A DNA stretch of 64,000 bases. Origin: Eledone cirrhosa (Eukaryota). The position numbers were made by a program, and so were the translations under genes. The notes under the pieces are model-generated. The model did no database searches. It was not told where the DNA came from and saw only the letters and a list, made by a program, of their open reading frames with translations. Positions 52,724 through 64,000 of the stretch are shown here, piece by piece (position 1 is the stretch's first letter; each line of letters starts with the position of its first letter). Where the stretch lies: the NCBI GenBank assembly GCA_964016885.1, contig OZ024740.1:72230001-72294000 (forward strand). The letters run 5' to 3'.

Positions 52724-53236
52724 ATCGTTGTTAGCCTCGGTGTTGGAAATCGCAATTTCTTGACGAGGTGAAACTTTATGTGTAGATGTATCTATGGAGT
52801 TGTTGTTGTCTTTTTCATGTGTGTGTATATTAATAGGTTTAATTCCTGTGTTTTCCTGGGTGTTATTTTTCTCCGCTTCAACGGTAGAAATTTTAAAATC
52901 TTCAAGTGGTCATATTTTTTTCTCTTTGTTGACAGTCGTATTCATGGTGAAGTCCATAGTAGCAGAAGCAGATATAACGTTAATATCTGCCTCTCTACCT
53001 CTCTTCTCTCTGTCGACGTTCTCTAGCGTTCTTTCCGAGCTATTCATGTTTTATAGTTGGCAAATTTGATTTTTTAAAACAATTTTTAAATTAAATTTTC
53101 GCCCCTAAACGGGCGAAAAATGGGATTACCACCCAGCTGACAATTCAGCTTGAGGTTAATCTACAAAATGATGTTTTTTCAGTTTTTTGCATAGAAATTT
53201 ACAAAAAAGCTTACTGGCGATGTTCCACGCGTCCGG
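48745..53236 (-). mobile_element. Tx1/L1-clade LINE, near full length, disrupted (short ORF1, ORF2 APE-RT-Cys domain)
   Basis: VNVPGL, IAITES, VYAP, VGDWNGILD, SYLDRFF, DHKLV, YWKLN, FRPITLLN, LDQSKAFDRVDH, AYADDV, GGLG, CPRC..E..LHAI.HC; AATAAA 3' end. Confidence 0.92.
50407..51789 (-). pseudogene. Tx1 ORF2 central fragment (end of APE, N-terminal RT)
   Basis: 460-aa open segment with RT motifs; frameshifted on both sides. Confidence 0.88.
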
Positions 53237-53274
53237 CAGATAGGGAGATAGATAGATAAATAGATAGATAGATA

Positions 53275-53660
53275 TGTAGTGACCTACATTCCGCGGGCTC
53301 ACATACATTCTCTGTGCGTGATTTTGCTCAGTTCAGCCAATCAGCGCCAGTAGAAGAGGATGTATCCCTACGCGCCCTGAGGAAGAAATTCCCCGCGAAG
53401 ATTTGAAGAATCTCTCTCTTGTACCAGAAACTTCGAGCCAGCAACACGCATAATGTAACAGTGAGATATTGCACCACTAGCCTCGCCGGCTTAACGGCGC
53501 AATGGCACATTCCATTTTGTAACCTCTTTGTATCTGTAACTTCAACCATATAAATAAACATACATTCCATCTCTAATTACTGCTGTTGGGGTCGTTGTTA
53601 TGTTACTCGTGTCTCAATAACATCTTTAATCCATGCTGCTGGAATTGGCGACCTGACGAA
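53275..53660 (+). mobile_element. LTR remnant with PBS-like site
   Basis: TGTAG...AATAAA...AACA (53622) followed by tggcgacc. Confidence 0.45.
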
Positions 53661-54384
53661 AGGAATATTGTAAATAGATGGTAAATAGATCGAGGGACCT
53701 TCCCTCACGTCTATGTCAACAAGATAATCCAACGAGGATACTATCACTTACCACACTGGCAACTAACGACCACTGATTCTACCACCCTGCTAAAGTGGCG
53801 ATAACATCAACAACTAATACTGCTAAAGATAGATAAACAGATGGATAGATAAACAGATGGATAGATAACTTAAGAATAAAACACTTAAAATGCCTTATTG
53901 AACTCTAATACTTGGTTGTTTTGATTGAACTGTGGAATTTCTACAGGGTCAGCCAAGTAGCTAACAACACGACGACATCAGAAAAAGTCAGACCAAATTT
54001 TTTTTTCTCTCTTTTCTTTTATCTGATAAAGTGATGGATGACATATGATGACACAATACTATCCAGTTAGTCCTCTAGTGGCTGTCATGGTTACACACCC
54101 AACATGTCAACTGCATGAACATGTCTGTTTTGTTGGTTTTGTTTGTTCTCTGACGTACTGTATTAACAAAGTTTAGTGTTAATCCTAAAACACATTGTTT
54201 TAGTTCAATGATTCTCAAAAGTGGGGGCTACGACCCTCCTGGGGTTGCTGAGAGACTAAAGAAGGGGACACTCACAGATACATGAAAGAGAGAGGAAGGG
54301 AAGAAAAGAGTATAAATTAGTAGTTAATTAGCAGTAGCACTAACACTAAGTGAGTCTTAATAGAGTCATAAGGAAACATGTGAA

Positions 54385-54680
54385 CGTGCATGGCTTAGTG
54401 GTTAGGGTATTTGGTTCACAATCATATAGGCATGAGTTTGATTCTCAGCCCAGGCAGGGAGTTGTGTCCTTGAACAAGACACTTTATTTCATGTTGCTCC
54501 AATTCACTTAGGTAACAAAAAATAAGTTGTACCTGTAGTTTAAGGAGCAGCCTTGTCACACTGTGTCACGATGGATCTCCCTGAGAACTATGTTAAAGGT
54601 ACATGTGTCTGTAGAATGTTCAGTCACTTACACATTAATTTCATGAGCAAGCAGTTTCATTGATTAAATCAACTGGAGCA
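54385..54680 (+). mobile_element. CORE-type tRNA SINE
   Basis: gcatggcttagtggttaggg, gagtttgattc, gtgtccttgaacaagacact. Confidence 0.8.
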
Positions 54681-55036
54681 CTTGTAGCGAAATCTGTCCA
54701 CAACTTGACCCCTGGGTGACATTTAATGGTCATTTTCTAGATTATCTCCTTTCGGGCGTAAACAAGTCTGAGGGTGGACGACCAGGGGACAGAGTAAGCG
54801 ATAGATATAAATAGCCTGTCTTAGATCAAGCGGTAAGCAGTTCGAAGCAGTTCTTGATAGGGTATGTAAACTATTGCTTCCTACAGATACTTTTGGGGTC
54901 TTGCAGTCTCTTACTCTCTCTCTCTCTTTCACTCAATCTCTATCTCTTGGTCTCTCTCTCTTAACCAAGACAGTGAAGTTCATCAAGTTTTCTTGGCAAA
55001 TACAATTTAATTCTACTTTTACAAACAAACAAATAA

Positions 55037-55292
55037 TGTGGGTATGGTGTGGCGTGCGGTGGCCGGAGGCGGGGGGAGTGCTCGACCGGAAGGGGTCTTT
55101 GGCCGGAAGGATGCTCGACCGGAAGGGCCAGGAGAGGGCCTCTCTCTAGTGGTGACCAGCACACGGTGTGGACTCGAGTTTTGGGCAGCTCCCGGTGTTA
55201 AGCAGTCGGACGCACGTGGAAGAGGAGTACCTGCAGTGGAATTTAGCGGCGCCTGTGAAAAGCGGTAAGTGAGATAGCTTTTTCTAACCACA
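55037..55292 (+). repeat. 5' LTR
   Basis: Near-identical to 58909-59178. Confidence 0.95.
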
Positions 55293-55360
55293 AGGTATTT
55301 CGGCGACTGCAAAAAAAAAAAAAAAAAAAAAAAAAAACTTGCCGCAAAACAAATCAGAAG

Positions 55361-56611
55361 ATGGCGACAAGACTACGGATGAACGAAGCTATCAGGCCAT
55401 TCACCGGGGAAGGTGATGTTGTCGCTTGGCTGCGGAAGGTTCGGCTGGTCGCAGGCTTGCAGAAGATAGAAGACGTGGCCGGTCTCATGGCATTGTACCT
55501 CGAGGGCGACGCGCTGGTACTCTTCCTTGAGTTGGACGAGCACAGCCAAAGAGATGTGCAGAAGATTGAGAGGCGTCTGATGGATGCATTCGCCGAGGGA
55601 CCGTTGGCGGCTTTTGCTAAGCTGGCGAGAATCAGGTGGAATGGTGAGCGCGTCGACATTTTCGCAGCGGAAATAAGGCGATTGGCTATGTTGGCCGGTT
55701 ACCAGGCGGAATGCGAACGCACGGTGCGGTTGGCGTTCATCAATGGATTTCCGAATGACATAGCGGTGAAACTGCAGCAAGTCCCGGGGTATAAAGAGAT
55801 GGAAATGCGTTCACTGGTGGAACAAGCCCGGATCATAGCGGAAGATGCCAAAAAGAGTGTTGCGGCGATAGCGACTACGGAGGCTCAGGACACCTGGCAG
55901 CGAAATGGTGAAAGGGAGGCAACCTCGGCACGCGGCCGTCCGCGCGAATTTAGGGGGCGCTGTTTTAGGTGCCAGGGCCCGCATATGGCTAGAGACTGTA
56001 GAGAGTCGAAGCCGGAGATAATTTTCTACCGGTGTAAGCGACCAGGCCACATCGCTACTAACTGCGACCAGGGAAACGATCCCGTGGTGGAAGTCTTCGT
56101 GAGGGGGAAGCCACAGCGAGCCCTCGTGGATACGGGCTGTACGACGACACTGGTGACCGCGGGGGTGGCGCAGAGGTGGGGAGGGAAGAGCAGCGTAAGG
56201 GCAGTCGACGGCAGGAAAATTGAATGCCGAGGTCGCAGCGAGATGGAAATAGCGGTACGGGGAAGGACGATAAGGCTTTCCGCCATCGTGGTAGACAGTG
56301 TGGTGGATGGGATCGGCGTGGTTATGGGCATGGACGCGATTGGCCGTCTAGGGGGTGTCACGGTGAACAATGTCGGTGTGTCGTTTGGCGCCGCTGCATC
56401 GGTATGCGCTGTGAGTGCACGTCATGAGAACCAGAAGGCCCACGAGGAGGAATACCCCGCTTACACTGTACAGGACAAAGACTTCAAGGCCGTGTTTGAT
56501 GGGCAGCGATGGGTTGTTGAGTGGTACTGGAAGGGAGAACCACCAACACTGAAGACCAAAGTGGGCTGCTATCAACACACATTGAAGGGAAACGCTAGGA
56601 GCGAGAAGTAG
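55361..56611 (+). CDS. gag: Gag (zinc knuckle) plus aspartic protease
   Basis: CFRCQGPHMARDC knuckle, second knuckle with C>Y change, ALVDTG protease motif. Confidence 0.9.
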   Translation: MATRLRMNEAIRPFTGEGDVVAWLRKVRLVAGLQKIEDVAGLMALYLEGDALVLFLELDEHSQRDVQKIERRLMDAFAEGPLAAFAKLARIRWNGERVDIFAAEIRRLAMLAGYQAECERTVRLAFINGFPNDIAVKLQQVPGYKEMEMRSLVEQARIIAEDAKKSVAAIATTEAQDTWQRNGEREATSARGRPREFRGRCFRCQGPHMARDCRESKPEIIFYRCKRPGHIATNCDQGNDPVVEVFVRGKPQRALVDTGCTTTLVTAGVAQRWGGKSSVRAVDGRKIECRGRSEMEIAVRGRTIRLSAIVVDSVVDGIGVVMGMDAIGRLGGVTVNNVGVSFGAAASVCAVSARHENQKAHEEEYPAYTVQDKDFKAVFDGQRWVVEWYWKGEPPTLKTKVGCYQHTLKGNARSEK

Positions 56612-56655
56612 AGAGATGGATTGAAGAGGGCATACTGCTTCCCTGGAAGGAGGAG

Positions 56656-57387
56656 GTGAAGTGCGGAGTATTGCCGTTGATGGCGGTGGTACAACCCACG
56701 AAGAGCAAGGTGAGGCCGGTGCTGGACTATCGAGAGCTGAACGAGCACGTGTCATGCCATACGGGTGGCGAGGTCACGGATGTCTGTGGGGAAACCCTGC
56801 GTGAGTGGAGACGCATGACGGGGGGTTCAGCGATCGTGGATCTAAAGTCGGCTTACTTGCAGTTGCATATAGATGAGAAGCTCTGGCGGTATCAGCTGGT
56901 CAGGTATAAGGGCCGGACATATTGCCTGACCAGGCTCGGTTTCGGGCTGAGCTCCGCACCGAAGATCATGGCGGCGGTCCTCATGACCGCTCTGGGGAGG
57001 GCCGACAAGATAAAGAGGGCTACTAACTCCTATATTGACGACATCCTAGTGGACGAGTCGGTGGTGTCGACGGCGGAGGTCACGAGCCATTTGCGGAGGT
57101 ATGGACTGACTGCGAAGCCATCAGAAGCATTGGAGGGAGGAGCCGCACTGGGACTTAGGCTACGGCGAGATAAGACGGGCGTTTTGGTGTTCCAGAGGGG
57201 AAACGAAGTTCCGGAACTGGGCCCAAGTATGAATAGGCGGGAGCTTTTCTCGGTGTGTGGAAAGCTGGTGGGTCACTACCCGATCGCTGCTGGGTGGCTC
57301 CGGACGGCATGCAGCTATGTCAAGAGACGAGCGGGAGGGGTGACTTGGAGTGAAGTGACAGAGTGGGAGAGAGAACGGTGGCCATGA
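56656..57387 (+). CDS. pol: Reverse transcriptase segment of pol (frameshifted)
   Basis: RPVLDYRELN, VDLKSAYLQ, RLGFGLSSAP, YIDDIL. Confidence 0.9.
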   Translation: MKCGVLPLMAVVQPTKSKVRPVLDYRELNEHVSCHTGGEVTDVCGETLREWRRMTGGSAIVDLKSAYLQLHIDEKLWRYQLVRYKGRTYCLTRLGFGLSSAPKIMAAVLMTALGRADKIKRATNSYIDDILVDESVVSTAEVTSHLRRYGLTAKPSEALEGGAALGLRLRRDKTGVLVFQRGNEVPELGPSMNRRELFSVCGKLVGHYPIAAGWLRTACSYVKRRAGGVTWSEVTEWERERWP

Positions 57388-58895
57388 TGCAGGAGATCGT
57401 GGGGAGGGTGAAGGCCGACGACCCAGTGCGGGGACGCTGGTACGTTCCCAAATCACGGAGCGGGACCGTATGGTGCGATGCCAGCAGCATAGCGCTGGGT
57501 GTCACGTTGGAGATAAGAGGTGTTGAGGTCGAGGATGCAGCCTGGCTTAGAAAGAAGGACGACTGCAGCCACATCAATGTGGCCGAGCTGGACGCGGTGT
57601 TGAGAGGGGTGAACCTCGCCCTGCGGTGGGGGCTGCGCACCATCGAGATACGCACCGACTCGGCTACTGTACTCGGATGGGTAAGATCAGTGCTCACCAG
57701 TGAGAAGAGAGTGCGAACGAGAGACGCGGCGGAGATGCTGATAAAGCGCCGCCTGGGAACGTTAGGAGAGCTGGCCACCGAGTTCGACCTGAAGCTGAGC
57801 GTAGTGTTCGTGCCTTCAGAGAAAAATAGGGCGGACATCTTAACTAGAGTGAAGAAAGCCTGGATGGAAGCGCCGGAGGAGGTAGAGGATGAGATAACTG
57901 CCGTGTGTCGGCTGACCGAGTTAGACCTGAAGGGGTTGCATGACATGCACCACATGGGGGTGGATAGGAGCCTGTTCCTAGCCAGGCGAATCGACTCGGA
58001 CGTTAGCAGACACAGTGTTCGTGGGGTGGTTAGAGGCTGCGTCCGATGTCAGTCCATTGATCCCGCCCCGGGTGTACACGAAACAGGAAGCCTCCCGGTG
58101 GATCGCGACTGGAAGCCATTAGCGGTGGATGTGACGCACTACCGGCAGGGAACGTACCTCTCGATGGTCGACTGTGGACCAGGTCGAATGGCGATATGGA
58201 GGGAGATGAAAACTGGAACGGCCGAGGAAATCGTGCGGACGTTAAGAGAGGTGTTCTTGGAGCGGGGCCCTGTGGATGAACTGCTGATGGACAACAGCGC
58301 AGCGTTCCGCTCGGAGGCACTGAGGGAGATGCTCGATGGATGGAAGGTGGACCGTTTCTTCAGAGCGGCGCACAGGCCGAGCGGGAATGGAATCATGGAG
58401 CGACACCACCGGACGATCAAGGCAATGGCGGAGCGGGGCCATATCTCACCAATGGAGGCAGTGTTCTGGTACAATATGTCCCCTCGGGTTGGACAGGTCG
58501 AGGAATCGGTGCCACATAGAGCAGTATTCAAATACGAGTGGCGGCACCCGTGCACGCCACCACAACGGCCAGTGGGGAGAGAGAGTGCATTCGTGCAGGT
58601 GGGCGAAGAAGTCTGGGTTAAGCCCCCAGATGCACGTTGGACATCTCAATGGGGAAGGGGAACGGTGACGGCCGTAAATTCAAAGAACAATGTGTCCGTG
58701 GACGGGGTACCACGTCATGTCCTGGATGTAAGAAGAATCACTGTGTCGACGGACTCCGAGGAAGAGGAAACCCAAGATGAGGTGGAAACCCAGAGCTCTG
58801 CCCCAATGCTACGAAGATCGCAACAAAGTCGTAGACCACCGACCTGGACGGCAGACTTTCATATGCAGAGGGACGAGGGGGAAATTGATCCTTGA
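57363..58895 (+). CDS. pol: RNase H plus integrase segment of pol
   Basis: WCDAS, AELDAV, RTDS, NRADIL; HxxHH..CVRC; DDE residues in AVD, MDN, IMER. Confidence 0.9.
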   Translation: MGERTVAMMQEIVGRVKADDPVRGRWYVPKSRSGTVWCDASSIALGVTLEIRGVEVEDAAWLRKKDDCSHINVAELDAVLRGVNLALRWGLRTIEIRTDSATVLGWVRSVLTSEKRVRTRDAAEMLIKRRLGTLGELATEFDLKLSVVFVPSEKNRADILTRVKKAWMEAPEEVEDEITAVCRLTELDLKGLHDMHHMGVDRSLFLARRIDSDVSRHSVRGVVRGCVRCQSIDPAPGVHETGSLPVDRDWKPLAVDVTHYRQGTYLSMVDCGPGRMAIWREMKTGTAEEIVRTLREVFLERGPVDELLMDNSAAFRSEALREMLDGWKVDRFFRAAHRPSGNGIMERHHRTIKAMAERGHISPMEAVFWYNMSPRVGQVEESVPHRAVFKYEWRHPCTPPQRPVGRESAFVQVGEEVWVKPPDARWTSQWGRGTVTAVNSKNNVSVDGVPRHVLDVRRITVSTDSEEEETQDEVETQSSAPMLRRSQQSRRPPTWTADFHMQRDEGEIDP

Positions 58896-58908
58896 GATCA
58901 GGGGGGCG

Positions 58909-59178
58909 TGTGGGTATGGTGTGGCCGGAGGCGGGGGGAGTGCTCGACCGAAGGGGTTTTTGAGTGCTCGACCGGAAGGGGTCTTTGGCCGGAAGGATGC
59001 TCGACCGGAAGGGCCAGGAGAGGGCCTCTCTCTAGTGGTGACCAGCACACGGTGTGGACGCGAGTTTTGGGCAGCTCCCGGTGTTAAGCAGTCGGATGCA
59101 CGTGGAAGAGGAGTACCTGCAGTGGAATTTAGCGGCGCCTGTGAAAAGCGGTAAGTGAGATAGCTTTTTCTAACCACA
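58909..59178 (+). repeat. 3' LTR
   Basis: TG...CA; preceded by polypurine tract; followed by TSD. Confidence 0.95.
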
Positions 59179-59325
59179 AATAACATACATAATCCTTGTG
59201 TATTTTTCACATAGCTCCGGCGTGAGCTATTTTCAATAAATTAATAATATAGCGGTTTGGTGTAATCATAGTTCATTTATATATATATTCATTTTCTATG
59301 TGATCAAGGAACTATCATATCATAT

Positions 59326-59374
59326 CTTTGTATTGTCCCCTTTTCTTGTTGCGCCCTTGTGGCTAATAAAGAAA
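59326..59374 (+). mobile_element. ~50-bp Tx1 3'-terminal insertion
   Basis: tttgtattgtccccttttcttg.tgcgcccttgtggctaataaagaaa matches the reverse complement of 48745-48793; absent from repeat copy A. Confidence 0.8.
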
Positions 59375-59509
59375 TCTATCATATCATCATTATCTTATTG
59401 AACACTTACTCACTTACCTGCACACATGCAACCTCTGGTCACACTGTAATAGCTTCCTATATAGAGATTTTACAAATAATACAGTTTTGAATATAGCTCA
59501 CTTGAATAT

Positions 59510-59695
59510 AATTGTTTCTACATTTGGCACAAGGCCAGCAATTTGAAGGGAGGGGAAAGTTGATTAAATCGACCCCAGTGTGTTACTGGTACTTTATTCT
59601 ATCGATCCCATAAGGATGAAAGGCAAGGCTAACCGCAGTGGGATTTGAACTCAGAAGGTAAAGGGCCATAACTATATGCTGCAATGCATTTTGTT
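59510..59695 (-). mobile_element. SINE family A variant
   Basis: Reverse-complement body and tail, with an extra internal segment. Confidence 0.8.
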
Positions 59696-59860
59696 CAACT
59701 AATTAGCATATATTAGTAATTGATCGTAAAACTGTCACCTCTAGTTATTCATTAAATGTACAAACAAACTTTTTTTTATTTATTAAAATTTAATTTCCAA
59801 TGTATGATTTTTTATCAACTTTACAGTGGGTGGTGGGGCACACTAATGAGCAGGGTCAAC

Positions 59861-61285
59861 ACCTGGGTATATAGCACCTTTGGTAGCTCTACTATGTGTA
59901 CCTGGGTATATAACCCCCCATGCTAGCTCTACACTGTGTACCTGGGTATTTAGTTCCTGAGGCTAGCTCTACACTGTATACCTGGGTATATAGCACCCTT
60001 GGCTAGCTCTACACTGTATACCTGGGTATATAGCACCCTTGGCTAGCTCTACACTGTATACCTGGGTATATAGCACCCTTGGCTAGCTCTACACTGTATA
60101 CCTGGGTATATAGCACCCTTGGCTAGCTCTACAATGTATACCTGGGTATATAGCACCCTTGGCTAGCTCTACACTGTATACCTGGGTATATAGCACCCTT
60201 GGCTAGCTCTACACTGTATACCTGGGTATATAGCACCCTTGGCTAGCTCTACAATGTATACCTGGGTATATAGCACCCATGGCTAGCTCTACAGCATGTA
60301 CCTGGGTATATAACACCCATGGCTAGTTCTGCAGTGTATACCTGGGTATATAGCACCCTTGGCTAGCTCTACAGTGTATCCCTGGGTATATAACACACTT
60401 GGTTAACTCTACAGTGTATACCTGGGTATATAACGCCCCAGGCTAGCTCTATAGTGTATACCTGGGTATATAACAACCTTGGCTAGCTCTACACTGTATA
60501 CCTGGGTATATAACAACCTTGGCTAGCTCTGCAGTGTATACCTGGGTATATAACTACCTTGGCTAGCTCTATAGTGTATACCTGGGTATATAACAACCTT
60601 GGCTAGCTCTGCAGTGTATACCTGGGTATATAACAACCTTGGCTAGCTCTACACTGTATACCTGGGTATATAACAACCTTGGCTAGCTCTGCAGTGTATA
60701 CCTGGGTATATAACTACCTTGGCTAGCTCTATAGTGTATACCTGGGTATATAACTACCTTGGCTAGCTCTATAGTGTATACCTGGGTATATAACAACCTT
60801 GGCTAGCTCTATAGTGTATACCTGGGTATATAACAACCTTGGCTAGCTCTGCAGTGTATACCTGGGTATATAACAACCTTGGCTAGCTCTATAGTGTATA
60901 CCTGGGTATATAACAACCTTGGCTAGCTCTATAGTGTATACCTGGGTATATAACAACCTTGGCTAGCTCTGCAGTGTATATCTGGGTATATAACAACCTT
61001 GGCTAGCTCTGCAGTGTATATCTGGGTATATAACAACCTTGGCTAGCTCTATAGTGTATACCTGGGTATATAACAACCTTGGCTAGCTCTGCAGTGTATA
61101 TCTGGGTATATAGCACCTTTGATTAGTTCTACAGTGTATACCTGGGTATTTGGCACTCTAGATGAGCTCTACAATGTATACCTGGGTATTTGACACCCTA
61201 GTCTTGCCTTACAATGTGTCCCTGGGTATTTAGCACTCTAGGCAAGCTCTATTGTGTTTACCTAGGCTAGCACTACAATGTGTAC
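59861..61285. repeat. 40-bp minisatellite x ~35
   Basis: Unit cctgggtatatagcacccttggctagctctacactgtata. Confidence 0.97.
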
Positions 61286-61656
61286 CCCCATCTCCCAGTT
61301 ATGGACCACATTCTGCTAAATAAAACAATTTCAACTTACAGTTTGGTCAGCTGACAAACCTAGTTTTTTACACTTCTTGCTCTGACCACACTAAAAAAAT
61401 TACTAAAACATAATTTTCTACTACAGCCCACAATCAGCCACTCCAAATTATATAACAGGTCATAAGACCATACAACCCTCTCCACCTCTTTAGATATTTC
61501 AACAACACTGCTACATGGCAAAGATTCAGTAATTTATTTGTTGATCACAGGAAATTATTCTATATTTAATGTAATTATACAAATTTATACAAAACTATGA
61601 TCCTTTAAGGTTCAGTAATTCACCTTTAAGGGCTGTGTCCTAATTGGTCCTAATTT

Positions 61657-62210
61657 TAGCACCTCTCTGAGGTCTGTGCTCAAAGTGGCTACTTACTTGG
61701 CTCTAATGGTAGCACCTCTCTGAGGTCTGTGCTCTAAGTGGCTGCCTAGTTGACCCTCATGGTAGCACCCCTCTGAGGTCTGTGCTCTAAGTGGCTGCCT
61801 AGTTGACCCTCATGTTAGCACCTCTCTGAGGTTTGTGCTCTAAGTGGCTGCCTAGTTGACCCTCATGGTAGCACCTCTCTGAGGTCTGTGCTCTAAGTGG
61901 CTGCCTAGTTGACCCTCATGGTAGCACCTCTCTGAGGTCTGTGCTCTAAGTGGCTGCCTAGTTGACTCTCATGTTACCACCTCTCTGAGGTTTGTGCTCT
62001 AAGTAGCTGCCTAGTTGACCCTCATGGTAGCACCTCTCTGAGGTTTGTGCTCTAAGTAGCTGCCTAGTTGACCCTCATGGTAGCACCTCTCTGAGGTTTG
62101 TGCTCTAAGTGGCTGCCTAGTTGACCCTCATGTTAGCACCTCTCTGAGGTTTGTGCTCTAAGTGGCTGCCTAGTTGACCCTCATGGTAGCACCCCTCTGA
62201 GGTCTGTGCC
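61657..62210. repeat. 53-bp minisatellite x ~10.5
   Basis: Unit tagcacctctctgaggtctgtgctctaagtggctgcctagttgaccctcatgg. Confidence 0.97.
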
Positions 62211-62595
62211 CTATTATGTGAGGTAAAGCCTTGACTGTGAAAATATAATAGTAAATATAGATTAATGTAAATGATAAAAGTTAAGGTATTTCATGTTTGT
62301 TATTGTTATTGTATATTCTTTTCATTCTTTTTTTCTTTTACTATTTTCATTCATTAGACAGTGGCCATGCTACAGCACTGCTCTGAAGGAATATAGTCTA
62401 CCATATCAACCTCAGTACTTATATATTTTTTCAAGTCTGGCACATGTTTTATTGATCCCTATTTGTCAAACTGCTAGGTTGTGGAACATGATCAAATGGA
62501 ATGTAAACATAAGAATTTGGACATACACAGTAGATGTTTTACATGTAAAATGTATATAAGCTGTAGCTTATTCGAGTCTCAATACCAAGTGAGTA

Positions 62596-62644
62596 AACAT
62601 TACTGATGATGGATAAAAACCCTGAAACACTGGTGTTTGGTGTT
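62596..62644 (+). ncRNA. Decayed type I hammerhead motif
   Basis: AACATTA-CTGATGA-weak stem II-GAAA-CACTGGTG-TT-TGGTGTT. Confidence 0.55.
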
Positions 62645-62842
62645 CTCACATGGCTTTCGAGATAGTTGTGACAGGATCATAGCTCAAAATATTCATAGTG
62701 AGATTTATATGTGTTTGTTATAGATGAACATATCGTATATGCCTTCATATACACCTCCACTATTAATACATACATACATACACACATACATACATGCATA
62801 CATACATACATACACACATACATACATACATACATACACACA

Positions 62843-64000
62843 TAAGCTGATCACCCTCAAACAAGAATTGAGAGCTGTTAGTGAAAAACGCTGATACCTG
62901 AAGAAGGTAGATGAGAAAAAAGTGCTTAATAAAAGATTCAAACGAAACCAAACATCAGTCGATAGAGATATGAAGAACAAAATAATAAGTGTCACTGAGG
63001 CCCCATCCCAGAAAGACATAGATTCCTTTTGGAGAAAAATATGGGGTGAAAAGAAGAATTTCAACCATGATGCAGTGTGGCTAAAAGAAATCCGAAAGAA
63101 CTATTGCTCCTACACTACAACAAAAACATACAAAATAAGTGAGGGTACCCTTGAGACTGTGATAGGAAAACTCCAAGATAAGAAAACACCAGAGAGAGAC
63201 ATGATTGTCGGCTACTGGTACAAAAAAACTGATATTCTATTGGAGGTATCTTACTGACCTCTACCAACAATTTCTTAAGGGAGATACACTTATACCAGAA
63301 TGGTTGACATTAGCACAAACATTACTGGTCCCCGAGAACAAAGACACCCACTTGGCAAAAAACTACCAACCCATTGCATGCCAGAACCTGATGTACAAGA
63401 TGTTTACAGCCTACCTGAACCTATTCCTCCAAGATCACTGTGAAAATAATAACATCATCACAGATGAGCAAGCAGCTGGAAAGAAAGGGGTTTGGGGATG
63501 TGCTGAACAACTCCTAATCAACAAAACTGCGATGTCGGAGGTGCGACAACTTAGGAGGAATATGGCTACAGTCTGGCTGGACTACAGGAAAGCTTTTGAT
63601 TCTGTTCCCCACTCTTGGATGATAGAGGCCCTCCAACTTGCTAAAGTCCCAGACATTATTATCAGAGCCATAGAGAAGCTGTCTTCTTCTTGGGCTACTA
63701 TCCTAAGGTTAAAGACGGAGAGGGAAGACTCTATTTTCACTGATAAAATAAAATATCGCAGGGGTATTTTTCGGGGAGACAGTCTCTCTGTGATATTATT
63801 CATCCTGTCATTAAATCCCTTGTCCTTTCTGCTCAAGAAATGTGAAGGATACATCATTGGCTCACAGGAGGACAGAAATACAAACCTAACCCATAATTTC
63901 TTTGTGGATGATCTGAAACTCTATGCCAAGAACATGGATGGGATGAAGAAAAATCTTGACCTGGTTTCAATGTTCTCAAAGGATATAGGAATGGAGTTTG
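62843..64000 (+). pseudogene. R4/Dong-clade LINE reverse transcriptase, 5'-truncated, runs off the window end
   Basis: FWRKIWG, NYQPIACQNLMYK, GCAEQLLINK, WLDYRKAFDSVPHSW, RGIFRGDSLS, FVDDLKLYA, FSKDIGMEF; frameshift near 63230. Confidence 0.88.

Larger units (their letters stand above)
55037..59178 (+). mobile_element. Compact Ty3/Gypsy LTR retrotransposon (4142 bp)
   Basis: LTRs 55037-55292 and 58909-59178 (TG...CA), TSD AATAA, polypurine tract aggggggcg, domain order gag-PR-RT-RH-IN. Confidence 0.97.

Noticed and set aside
55354-58668. Antisense and overlapping ORFs within the Gypsy element (likewise within Tx1 and RTE)
   Set aside because: Shadow ORFs of GC-rich coding sequence with no recognisable motifs.
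59861-62210. CRISPR-like regular arrays
   Set aside because: No unique spacers, no cas genes and a eukaryotic context; these are ordinary minisatellites.

Overview
Eukaryotic, AT-rich, repeat-saturated genomic DNA with no confidently identifiable host protein-coding gene. The tRNA-derived SINE families and long (TA)n tracts suggest an octopod cephalopod (inference only). The window is a nested mosaic of mobile elements. It holds a compact, young Ty3/Gypsy LTR element (55037-59178, 5-bp TSD AATAA), a near full-length Tx1/L1-clade LINE, several RTE LINE copies with a partner SINE, and CRE-like, CR1-like and R4/Dong LINE fragments. It also holds many Penelope-like (PLE) remnants carrying hammerhead ribozyme motifs, a deleted Helitron, mariner/piggyBac/Merlin-like MITEs, and several satellites. 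The most striking structure is a pair of inverted Merlin-like ends at 10579 and 37247 flanked by the identical 8-mer AAAAGTTT, suggesting a ~26.7-kb composite (Tn10-like) transposon. Other highlights are near-canonical type I hammerheads, a 522-bp tandem/foldback retrozyme-like array, a Tx1 element apparently targeting TATC repeats, an RTE with three C-terminal C2H2 fingers, and a possible spliced micro-exon gene relic. All family calls come from motif recognition by eye, not database searches, and boundaries of degraded elements are approximate.
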